NCBI RefSeq assembly: GCF_006345805.1
Contig: NC_043000.1
Location: 50,778,001 to 50,842,000 of the forward strand
Direction: 5' to 3'
Source of the DNA: Octopus sinensis
Taxonomy: Eukaryota
Length of the DNA: 64,000 bases
Part shown: positions 1 through 11,257 of the stretch, one piece after another
How the letters are laid out: each line of letters opens with the position of its first letter
How positions within the stretch are numbered: position 1 is the first letter of the stretch
The notes under the pieces: model-generated
The model's input: the letters and a program-made list of their open reading frames with translations, nothing else
Told to the model about the DNA's origin: nothing
Database searches by the model: none
Made by a program: the position numbers and the translations under genes

Positions 1-727
1 ATTGGGTTTCATGGCCAAGGGTAAACTTGTAAAATTTGTAAATTTTTAAAATATAACATTCATCATCATATTTCTAAAACCACTTTAAAAAGAACTAATA
101 AACAGACCATTTGTTTGTAACGTCCTGTATCATCCCATCTATGTATGATATATAATTATCGTAATGAAGAATCATCTCTTAGGTACATCTCATTGACAAG
201 AGTTAATAAATTTGAAACATCGATGTCTGAGATTCCCAAGAGATGGCGACACTGGATGAACTGGGTGTTTTCACACCTTTTACCATAAGAGAGATTTTTT
301 TTTTTCTCCACAGTAACCACTGTGTAGTTTCCTTTAACAGTTGAAATATGTGACAAACACATTTCAGCTAACCTAAATTGTGGTATATATATATATATAT
401 ATATATTTTAGTTTCAGCTCAGAGCTGCGACCATGCTGATGCACCGCCGTGCGTATGCATAAATACATATGCATACACACACATGGACATGTATATATAT
501 GTATGTGTAGGTATATCCATGCTCACACATATATGCACACATGCGTGCTTACAGGTATATATGTATATGTATATCCATGCACATACATACGTATATATAT
601 ATATATACACACACACACCTGTTTGAGCCTGGGTACATTTTATGGGATTTGTATACATACAGCTTTTCTACTCCACCAGATATTAAGGCTTCTCAGCACT
701 AATTCCTAATGGACCAGTGGCTATTCC

Positions 728-1085
728 TTACTGCATGTCTTTTATTGCATTATGCATTATACAACTGTGAACTAGAATGGTTGCTCCCTCTGTCTGGTTC
801 ACATTAGAATGACTCTCTTTCTCTGGTGCAGTTTCCACATTTAATAGCTTTTCATACATTGCTCTTCTATATCTCGTTCTTTCCAGACTCAAAAATTGAA
901 AGTGTACCATTATCCATCTGTAAAAGCTTTCCTTCTGCAACGTCTTGATTTTCTCGGATACACTGTCTTGCAATCCTGAACACCTTCTGATTCCGTTCAG
1001 CACATTGTAGAATATTGATAAACCTCTACCTTTCTAGTTGTCCCCTTGCTAAATAGACATGATTGGGATATGTTTTATGCACTAG
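728..1085 (-). mobile_element. Decayed RTE-clade LINE ORF fragment (region between endonuclease and RT)
   Basis: Minus-strand translation across stops and frameshifts gives YLARGQLER...QKVFRIARQCIRENQDV...MDNGTL and YEKLLNVE...KES..NV..TEG...AIKDM. This resembles the pre-RT region of RTE ORF2 as I remember it. Confidence 0.7.
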
Positions 1086-1165
1086 GAAAAATTTATATCC
1101 TGAAAAATCAAGATCTCAGTTCTTTAACATGTCATTAAATTCCAATGTGTTATTTCTTCAATGCA

Positions 1166-1311
1166 ATCATCATCATCGTCGTCGTTTAATGTCCGCTTTC
1201 CATGCTAGCATGGGTTGGACAATTTGACTGAGGTCTGGCGAACCAGATGACTGCACCTGACTCCGATCTGATCTGGCAGAGTTTCTACAGCTGGATGCCC
1301 TTCCTAACACC
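1166..1311 (-). mobile_element. RTE-type 3' tail repeat ending in (ATG)n
   Basis: (CAT)n-cgtttaatgtccgctttccatgctagcatgggttgg...gctggatgcccttcctaac. The same family recurs at 4988, 18651, 31173, 31819, 43225, 45160 and 45856. Confidence 0.85.
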
Positions 1312-1772
1312 TAGCAATTATGATATTGCATGTTCTGAGCTGAATATTTGGACTACTAGGAGACAAGCAATCTCAATGAAGTTCCAAAAGTTTCATTTGT
1401 TCTGTTCAACAATTGTTTTCATGACCTATGTGAAAACATTGCGAACAATATAATAATAGTATAATTAACTGTAGTCATTAAATTAATTTAGCTGAATGTG
1501 ATGTGTAAGTCATTTCATTAGAAATATTGTTCCTGATGAATGGTGTGTGTGTGTGTGCATGCATGTTTATATATATATATATATATCATAGGTATGTATG
1601 TGTTTTGTGTGTGTATATATGTGAATATATATATAAGACTATATATATATATATATACACACACATATACATTTATAAAATAAATAAATACAAATATATA
1701 TTGAGAGAGAGTTATTTGTGTGTATATGTATGTGCATATCTCTGTCTATCTATCTAGTCTATCTATCTATCT

Positions 1773-1776
<4 letters not shown>

Positions 1777-1824
<48 letters not shown>

Positions 1825-1837
1825 CATATATACATAC

Positions 1838-1924
<87 letters not shown>

Positions 1925-1973
1925 GAGTATATATATATATATATATATGAGTATATATATATATATATATATA

Positions 1974-2012
<39 letters not shown>

Positions 2013-2062
2013 AGGGGTATATATACACGTGTGTGTGTGTGTATGCACACACATACACACAC
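1777..2062. repeat. Long compound (TA)n/(TG)n/(CA)n microsatellite
   Basis: Directly visible. It explains the YIYIYI ORFs in the track. Confidence 0.95.
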
Positions 2063-3151
2063 ACACACACTAATAAATACTGCAGTATAAAACATTGCAT
2101 CTATAATTTATCTTTTCACCACTTTGCATGCATCTGGTGTGTTAATCAGAAGTACTCATACATATTTAATCAAATAGACTTCTAATATTTCAGGTTTTTT
2201 TCTTTCTCTGTTTTTTTTTTCCAATATATGTTTGTCACTCAATTTTTATTGGTCTAGATGCTTTTGTTTTGAAAAAGAATATATAATATGGAATTTTTTT
2301 TTATATATATATTAGTTTTTGATGTGTATGCATCAAACAAACTCTAAATAACTTATTTCTTCTGTACCTCATGTGTGCATTTTAAAGTAGTATGTCAGAC
2401 ATGCATTACAATATTTCATTTTCATATATCATTCATATAAACTTCTTTGATGGACGTCATCCAAATATATTTTTTTTAAGTTATAATACTTAAGGCTTTA
2501 TTTGTTTCTTTTTCTTTATATTATTATTAGAAACTTCAGTCTTAGATATTAGAAAAATATCATATATATTTTTTTTTCCCTGTCATCATTTTAGTTGTTT
2601 CCAAGACCACATAATCCTGTTTCATGGAATTAAATCTCTATCATTACCATTTATATTAAATATAAAGAGAAAATTAGATAAATACAAAGCATTGGTAAAA
2701 ATAATCACATGATAGGGTCGGGAAAATGATTGGTAGTAGAAATTTAATACGTTTTTCTTGACAAATATGTGTCACTGTAAGTGTTTCAGTCAAAATTACC
2801 TATGGAAACTTAAATAGAAATTGATATTAACTTAGTAAACTTGTTTGTTAAGATAATATTGAATAATATAAAGCAAATTCTTGACACAATATAATTAATG
2901 AAAAATATATATTATTAATAAATTGTGTTATATTTGGTTTGTTAATATTCCTTATAATTTTGTCTGAGGCAACATACAGCTCTGCTGAGAAATAATTATA
3001 TTAGCTTTGAGAATTTTACTATAAAATAATTGCTGATGTGTTATTAATATATATACATTAATATATGTTTGTACACATGAGAATGTCTGTTTAATTGTGT
3101 GTGTATGTGTGTATTTGTTAGTGTATAACACACACACACATATACACACAC

Positions 3152-3310
3152 GTGTGTATGTGTTTGTCTCCCATCACCACTTGACATCTGGTGTTGGTGT
3201 GATACAGCTCCATAACTTAGCAGTTCAGCAAAGTAATAGAATTTAACTAAAATTCTATAATTGATCAAGGCAGTGCCCCAGCATGGCTGTAATCCAATGT
3301 CTGAAAATAA
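3152..3310 (+). mobile_element. Degenerate 3' half of CORE-type tRNA SINE
   Basis: Matches the tail of the better-preserved copies at 52161 and 61509 (aacttagc.gttc.gcaaa...aaggc.gtgc.ccagcatgg). Confidence 0.65.
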
Positions 3311-3642
3311 TGCAAAAGATACGTACGTACGTATGTATGTGTGTGTGTGTGCATGCGCATGTGTATGTATAATGTATGTCCTTATGCATGTATGTATGTT
3401 TTTATGTATGTATGTATGTATTTATGTATGTGTGGATGCATGGATATATATATATACATATGCATTTTCGGTGTGAAGTGGTATGTATATATATATATAT
3501 ATATAGACACCCACAGTGCTAAACCACTGTCTACTTAAATTATTTGTGAACTTGGAACCAAACGGATGACCATTTATACCACTTACCTAGCATACCAATT
3601 TGTTTAGCTCACCAGTGAACTAAACCCTTCATATTTCTTATA

Positions 3643-3677
<35 letters not shown>

Positions 3678-4098
3678 TTAAGTATTGTTCATAGATGAGA
3701 TCCAGAGATTTTCTGTATTGAAAACACTTAGTAATGCTCAAAAAATTCAAATTTACATGTCGATGTATTTATGTGGTGGGTGGGGCATTCCAGGTGGTAA
3801 AGAAAGGCCATAAGAAGGATTAAGCTGAACGGGTATAGAGGCAATTATTCAGATAAACAAGGTGGGTACAACAAATATATGAAATGTATTAAAAATATTT
3901 GATATATTAAGTTGGGTATGAAATGCAAAATATGTATATATGTTTACATGCAAAATGAGAGGAAGTCTCCACCTTTTCCTTTTTCTCATTTTGCATATTT
4001 ACATATATACACACACTATGCATTTCATACCCAAATATATATAATATATTTCCCAAATTTAATATATTTGATGTATCTAATTTGTTTTTCCACATAAT

Positions 4099-4152
<54 letters not shown>

Positions 4153-4155
<3 letters not shown>

Positions 4156-4947
4156 GGTGTGGTGAATAAACTGTCGTCCAAATTACATAAAAATGAAAAT
4201 AACACTGACATCCCATTTTAACAGATATATTTACCAAAACTATATAATTATGTCTTGAAATACTAAAAAGTAAATTTATTCAATAAAATTGCTACTGGCT
4301 TCAACCACGTCCTCCAGATGACTTTGGGATCTCCTGCAACTCCTTGTTTAAGTTGGTGAATACTGTCAATAATCTTTGACTTCAGTTCATCTTTGGTGTT
4401 ACAAGGAGGTTGCAGTCTGGGGAGTTAGGTGGCCAGATGTTAGGGCTGATGTGGTCGCAGAAATTATCTGACAGCCATGACTGGGTGTTCCTGCTTGTGT
4501 GGCATGGTGCAGAGTCCTGTTGCTAGACATTGGATCTTCCAGTAACCACCCTCTTGACCTAGGGCAAGATTACGTCCTCCAAGCACTTGATATAGGCTTC
4601 CGTGTTGAGTGTGTGTCCATATGGGAAGGTGGATAGAGACATAATGTCGCTTGTGTTCACTCTATACACCATGATGTCGACTGATTTTTATCACTCTCTT
4701 ACATGTCCTCAGATCACCACACAAATACTCTGAAATGTTTGTATTGGAGCTTCTGGCATGAATGCCAAGCTGTACAGCATGTCATTTTCAAATTGCTAGC
4801 TGAGTGTATTGCATCATGGTGCTGTTTTCCTCACAGATGGTGCCCAACTGATCCTACTATACTGTGTAGTGAACAAGATCTAAATCAAACAATGTATTTA
4901 CATGAAATTAAAAATATAAAATAATGGCAATTTACCCATTCACTCTG
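4153..4947 (-). mobile_element. Internally deleted Tc1/mariner element, DD37D (maT)-like transposase relic
   Basis: TA-flanked imperfect TIRs: CAGGGTGTGGTGAATAAAC at 4153 and reverse complement CAGAGTGAATGGGTAAAT at 4947. Minus translation reads LNTEAYIKCLEDVILP...QQDSAPCHTSRNTQSWLSDNFCDHISPNIWPPNSPDCN...CNTKDELK. The segment carrying the third catalytic Asp is deleted. Confidence 0.85.
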
Positions 4948-4949
4948 TA

Positions 4950-4987
<38 letters not shown>

Positions 4988-4988
<1 letters not shown>

Positions 4989-5225
4989 CATCATCATCAT
5001 CATCATTTAGCGTCCGCTTTCCATGCTAGCATAGGTTGGATAGTTCAACTGGGGTCTGTGAAGCCGGAAGGCTGCATCAGGCTCAGTCTGATCTGGCAGT
5101 GTTTCTACGGCTGGATGCCCTTCCTAATGCCAACCACTCTGTGAGTGTAGTGGGTGCTTTTTACGTGCCACCTGCACAGGTGCCAGACGGAGCTGGCAAA
5201 CGACCACGAACGGATGGTGCTTTTA
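4988..5225 (-). mobile_element. RTE-type 3' tail repeat ending in (ATG)n
   Basis: Same family as 1166-1311, with one and a partial copy of the ggtgctttttacgtgccacc unit. Confidence 0.85.
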
Positions 5226-5249
5226 TATATATCTGTGTGTGTGTATGTG

Positions 5250-5298
<49 letters not shown>

Positions 5299-5299
5299 G

Positions 5300-5331
<32 letters not shown>

Positions 5332-5806
5332 TATATACACATGTACATATACATATATTGAGGTTATGAGAGGTAATGGTGTCAAGAAGACCCAAAGGTG
5401 TCAGGCAATGCTGAGTAAGTGCTATGGACAGACTATAACTAAGCTCCAGATCCGGTGATTATGTGAATGAGGACTCCAACGTTCTGAAATTTCCTAATGT
5501 CTTAACAATTTTTGAAACTGATCACATGGAGAAAGGTGATCTTCTCTCTTTTGGAAAGCACTGCCCCATTTTGTCTGCGAAGATTCTTGTATATATATAT
5601 ATATATATACTTATATTGTCAGGGTATTATACATCCGAAAAAGAAGCACACTCTTAAAAGTTAGACCAGCAGTGTATTTACAGGAGGTTAATTATATGTC
5701 TAGTCATAGATTAAGCAATTGTTTTACATCCATAAAATTCTTAGCCTTATAGGCGACTCATCAGACTCCAATGCCTGCAGCCATTGAAGTATGTATATGT
5801 GTATGA

Positions 5807-5861
<55 letters not shown>

Positions 5862-6189
5862 CACAAACACATGTTATATGTATATGTAAATAAGTATGTA
5901 CATGTATATATATATATATGTACATATATGTCTGTATATATATATATATATATGTATGTATATATATATGTGTGAGTATATGTGCATGTGTGCATATATG
6001 TATATAACATGCATATAGCAACAGTAGTAGAATTGTGTTTACGGTATTTTGTTTTTTTTGTTTTGGTGTTTCACGTTGCCACTTTTAAAAACAACATTTC
6101 ACATTTAACTGCCAATATCATTAAACATTGAATGAAAGCAAGGCTAATAAAAAATTTTTGACATCAAAATAGATAAATAGATGAATAAA

Positions 6190-6790
6190 GAAATGCATGT
6201 GGCAAGTGATTTAGGCAAAAATAGTGGTGTGGTTAGATTGGCTGTAATAAAGAAGAAATGAAATAGAGAGGCAGAGGTGTATGTGTAGCCAGAGGGTTGT
6301 AAGAAAAGGAAATGGATAGAAAAGGATGTAATGAAAGTGGGTGTGGTGAAAAGAGAGAAGAAAATAGAGAAAGGAAATAAAAGTAAATGTAGGAAGTAGG
6401 GAGAAAGAATATACTAGAAGAAATAGGGAAAACAAAAGTAAGCGGAAAGAGGATGTGATATGAAAAGAAGGGATTAAATAAGGCGTGAAAAAGGGGAGTA
6501 AGATATGTGTGAAGAAAGAAGGTAGGGAAATAAGGAAAAAAAGAAGAGAGAAAAAGAGAATGTAGGTGAGGAACGAATGCAAGAAGGAAGAATTGAGGGA
6601 AGCAAAACTAAAACTGGAGGTGGTGGTGGGAATGGGAGAGAGAAACAAGGAATTAGGAAAGAGAAAATGTAAAATAAGAAATATGTTAAGTGCAGTGTAT
6701 TTAACTGTATCAAAATATTGTATCATCTTGGTGACGAGAGGGGAAGAGTAGAATGGTAAGACAGGTTAAAATAGAGGGTGGAAGGAAGTA
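6190..6790 (+). repeat. Purine-rich (GA-rich) low-complexity tract
   Basis: About 600 bp strongly A/G-skewed on the + strand. It accounts for the 171-aa Phe/Leu/Ser antisense ORF. Confidence 0.85.
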
Positions 6791-7257
6791 GTTTATTGTT
6801 GCAGTCATAGGACTCTGGCCATACTGGAGCACCACCTTCAAGAGTCTAGTTGTATATATCGACTCCAGTACTACACATATTCTATGTCCTACCAGTCTCT
6901 TTTGCTGAACTACTAAGTTTTGGGGATGTAGACGAGCAGTAGGGGAGTAGAATAAACACAAAGGCCTACATGCACACACACACACCACGCACAAATGCAC
7001 ACACACACATGCACACACAGATATATGGAGTAATACTATTTTGGAACATCTCAAAGCACACACATTAAGCTATAAGTAATATATACACACACAACAGGCT
7101 TCCACACAATTTCTATTTACCAAATCCACTGACAAGCTATTGTTTGACCTGGGGCTTTTGTAAAAGATACTTACCCTGGGTGCCACATAGGGAGACTGAA
7201 TCGAAAACCACATAGTTGCAAAATGAGCTCCTTAACAACACAGCCATGCCTGCACCT
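6791..7257 (-). mobile_element. Old full-length CORE-type tRNA SINE (antisense)
   Basis: Reverse complement of the tail (gcagtcat...ggccatactggagcacc), an internal (CA)n, then the reverse complement of the head (aaatccact..aag...aaccacat.gtt...acacagccatgcctgcacct). Confidence 0.7.
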
Positions 7258-7544
7258 AAAGGGCAGAGAAAAGGAAACTTAAAAACAGTGAGATTGGGTG
7301 GGGTGATAGATTAAGTGTAAAATATTGTGAGTGAATAGTATGTGAAAGCTCATGGCATATATAATACTTTTGGTGTTGGAACCAAATGTTAGTGTGCGAT
7401 TCTGGGACTGGATAGTATTAATCAAAACAATTCATTTCACTGGTATACTAGCAATAGCTGGGATGGAGTGGTTAACCCTACAGTGGACTGGTCTTCCATT
7501 CAGGGGAAGATTTTGTACTCACAGATGTTCAAACCTATCCTGCT

Positions 7545-7880
7545 CAAAAGGTCCCTGAATAAGGATTGTTTAAGGATGTTGAACAAACCACCCATATTTC
7601 CAAAGGTGAATTATCCAAACCTCTAACAATTCCTTTCAACACACGGTAATGGTGCTCCCCCACTACTTCTTCTCATGGTCAGAGATGCACATATCATCAG
7701 CCACTAAGGGACATGGTCAACTGGTTATGGTCAAACAACTGACAAGCAAATCTGTGGTATTGAGCAGAATATTTGCTGTAGCCCATCTTTTATACCAAGA
7801 CAAAACAATGTACATGATAACACTGCCAATCTGTTAAGATCAGAAGCCATGAGAGCCACTGCCTGGTACTGCATCAGGGC

Positions 7881-7917
<37 letters not shown>

Positions 7918-7950
7918 GTTATTATTATTATCATTATCATTATTATTATT
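7545..7950. repeat. Dispersed repeat ending in (ATT)n, family unassigned
   Basis: GC-elevated block abutting a long (ATT)n/(ATC)n run. It resembles a common octopus repeat from memory only, and there is no second copy in the window. Confidence 0.4.
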
Positions 7951-7990
7951 ATTCAACCCATTAAATCTGGACTTCCTTACTGCTTACTGT

Positions 7991-8023
<33 letters not shown>

Positions 8024-10788
8024 TATATATTTTTATAACATTTACATAGTCTTCTCATTCTTTATCATTTGAAGAAATTTATGTATAGAAAAAAGAGTTA
8101 TGGAGACTTTTGTTTGTATTTTGCACATGTCAAAAAAAATTGTATGAGTTCAGGGATTTAATTCAAATGGACTAATGGTATAAATTTGATTTTAAAAATT
8201 AATGGGTGATATGTTAAAAGATATACACTAAAAATATTCAATTAGATAAAATTTCTTCATAAGAAAGTATGTAGTCCATCATGTAATGATGGATTGCTTA
8301 ACTCTCTTGTGATAAAATGTCTGAGAAACCTTTGGCCCATATGTTTCAATTAATTGTGAAAGTTATCAAAAATTGTGGGGATTTATTAAAGATAACTAAT
8401 TTTTGCATCATCAGTTTGGTGTTTGGGACTTAAGTTGTTACCTAGCTAGATAGGTTCTTTGAAAATATTATTATGAAAGGTGTGCTGGCCAGGCAAGGGA
8501 TTTGACTGAAGACCATGTGTTGAAACTAAAATTATTGCTGTGTGGAGGATACATGTTACACAAACACTAAGATCCAGTGTAACCTTTACAGAGACCAGGT
8601 CACAGTTTGCACAATGAATATTTTGACACCACATAATAAATAATATTATAATGAGATATTTAAATATGAATATATATACATACATATGAATAGATATACA
8701 TGCATTATGAATATATATACTTTAAAGTGAGAGGTTTTGTATCATAATACGAGAGGCAAACTCATGAAATTTGTAAAAAAAATAAATGGGTTAATGCATA
8801 GAAGCGATTAAGGTCATAAAACATATTTTTGCAAGAAGAAAATATTCAAATTTCAAATCTGCCCAACTCTTGTCAACATGAGAAAATTAAACATAAAAAA
8901 AAAAAAAAATCACATTTTCCTTCAGAGTTACATAAATTGCTATTATAGTTTTTCATCTTGCCAAAGAATTTCATTTCAGGGAAAATGTTACTATGACATC
9001 AATACAGTAAATGTCTCTTGACATCTTTTACTTCTTTTATTTATTAGTGTGTAGTATTTTCCTTCATTGCTCTCTCTAATGGATTAAAAACTCAAGCAGA
9101 AAATAGAAAAAAATGTTGCATTTTGTATATTTTGTTAGTAGAAAAAAATTATGTCATGATACAAAAATGGAGTTGCTTATGCAAAATCAATCAATGTTTG
9201 GCCATTATAAGACAACTTCACTGATTGAAAATAAAATAATAAAAAAAGAAGTGCATTTTAAAGTTTACTTTCATCAGAGCTAACTTTCAAACCTTTACTA
9301 AAACATAGTTATTTTGGAAAAATCTTCTCTAGGGGAAAAACATATTATTCTGGAAGTACTTAGTGATTATACATGTGTGTGTGTGTGTGTCTGTGTAAAA
9401 TGAGCATATTTACTTTAACACTATTAACAAAAAAGAAGCACTTTTGCTGATTTTAAGTTTTATTTTTGTGCAAATTTCCACATTCTAACATAACATTATT
9501 ATTTAAGAACAATAGTTTATCTTAGTTACCAGAATATGTCTTACATATTTAAAATATAATATTGCTTACTTTTTCTTACTGTTTTTAATTTTTTAAATCA
9601 ATTTAAAAGAACAAAGTAAACAGAAAGAGGTGTGCACAAATTGTTTACATTGATCTGTTTTGCTTTTCTATTATGTTTAGTTATATTGTGAGATTGAATC
9701 GTATACCAATAGATATCTGTAAATAGGCCTACTGAGGTGAGAAAATATTTACTTCAAAGGTAACAATATAACTGGGAAAATATACAGAAGTGAAGAGTAA
9801 CATTAAAAGTGTTAATACTGTTCTATCATAGAAAATACATGTAGCTTTTATTTTATTTTTTTCACTTTTTGGAAAGAAGAGATTTTGGTCTAAATGAATT
9901 GTATGTAGTTTATAGGATTAAACCTTTGGCAATCAACAGAATGTGACTTTTTAAAGTGCTTAACATGTCTAGATAAGTAGGTAAGTGTTCTTGGTAATAT
10001 TCAAGTCATGCTACTTCTGATTCTCTTTATAAAACCCCAAATGTAAACACCCTCTATTTTTCTGGAATCAATAAAATGTTCATTTATGGTATTTGAATTA
10101 CATATAATGAAGGAAATAATCATTGAGTATGAAAATTTTGCTATAGTTTTAAAATGTGACGGATGTAGAATGGAATGTTGTTCCTTTTAACTATGTATAA
10201 GTCAAATGTGAACAGATATTAAGAATAGGACTTGAGTGAATGTGTCATTACAATAAAATACACAAAACTTTATAGAACAATATATTAAGCTCAGTTGTTT
10301 TACCAAATTTAGATGTGTTCATTTGATTGCATACATATTACAGTGGTATATGCATCCTTCATGCATGCACATATCTATTCACTTGGCATCCATAAAATTA
10401 CACTCTCTCATACATATGCACACACACACATAAAAACACGTTCTGTTTTTTGCCTTATTCACTCAATAAACATGCAGATCTATTTATGCAATATGTACAA
10501 AGTCATTTAAACATTGAGTGTTGAACTTTGAATAATGCACTTATCCACAATATTGTAGAGGTATATATGAAAATTTATGTGCATATTTGTGTTTTCCATT
10601 GCATATAAAAGAACCTATGCCTATACCTAAACACCATAAACAGGATTCATCAACCCATGCACCATCATAAATGCATAACCAGATACGTATATGAACATTA
10701 GGTTAAAGGTGTTTCATCTATTTGGTTCCTTGAAATGTTGCTTGACAGCTGTACTTTTGGAATATATATGTATATATGTATAGACACT

Positions 10789-11148
10789 GGAGTGACTGTG
10801 TGGTAAGTAACTTGCTTACCAACCACATGGTTCTAGGTTCAGTCCCATTGCGTGGCACCTTGGGCAAGTGTCTTCTACTATAGCTTTGGGCCGACTAAAG
10901 CCTTGTGAGTGGATTTGGTAGATGGAAACTGGAAGAAGCCGTTGTATATATATATATGTATATGTTTGTGTGTCTGTGTTTATCCCCCTCATATTGTTTG
11001 ACAACTGATACTGGTGTGTTTACATCCCTGCAACTTAGCGGTTCAGCAAAAGATACCAATAGAATAAGTACTGAGATCTATTTGCTTGACTAATGGTGGT
11101 GCTCCAGCATGGCCACAGTCAAATGACTGAAACAAATGAAAGGATAAA
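10789..11148 (+). mobile_element. CORE-type tRNA SINE (octopus OR2-like)
   Basis: A-box-like TGACTGTGTGG, B-box GGTTCAGTCCC, CORE-like gtggcaccttgggcaagtgtcttctactatagc, and the shared tail. Confidence 0.85.
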
Positions 11149-11182
11149 ATAATATATATATATATATATTGTTTACAGATAA

Positions 11183-11257
11183 CTAATACATCTTTTTTCT
11201 TTCTTTTTCAGGTAAGTACCACACTTTAAAATTCTGTCGATTCTGTTGATGGTAAGA
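11183..11257 (+). promoter_or_regulatory. Candidate recursive splice site with 40-nt RS-exon
   Basis: CTAAT branch point at 11183, a 20-nt polypyrimidine tract, CAG ending at 11211 directly followed by GTAAGT (11212-11217), and a second donor G|GTAAGA at 11252. Confidence 0.6.

Noticed and set aside
121-362. Overlapping open frames on both strands (..EIPKRWRHWMNWVFSHLLP* and ..CRHLLGISDIDVSNLL..)
   Set aside because: Short, with no convincing splice-site pair and no recognisable family.
5735-5770. Minus-strand CTGATGAG-TCGCC-TATAA-GGCTAA-GAAT, hammerhead-like
   Set aside because: No GAAA, stem II only partly paired, and no stem I or III partner found.
6211-6726. 171-aa hydrophobic ORF resembling a membrane protein
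   Set aside because: It is the antisense reading of a GA-rich low-complexity tract.
7866-7880. TACTGCATCAGG matches the 5' 12 nt of miR-217
   Set aside because: The match stops at 12 nt, lies in a dispersed repeat, and has no precursor hairpin.
9917-9986. Strong donor TAG|GTAAGT at 9981 with a possible upstream exon
   Set aside because: The upstream acceptor is weak and there is no polypyrimidine tract directly before the AG, so it is neither a convincing exon nor a ratchet point.
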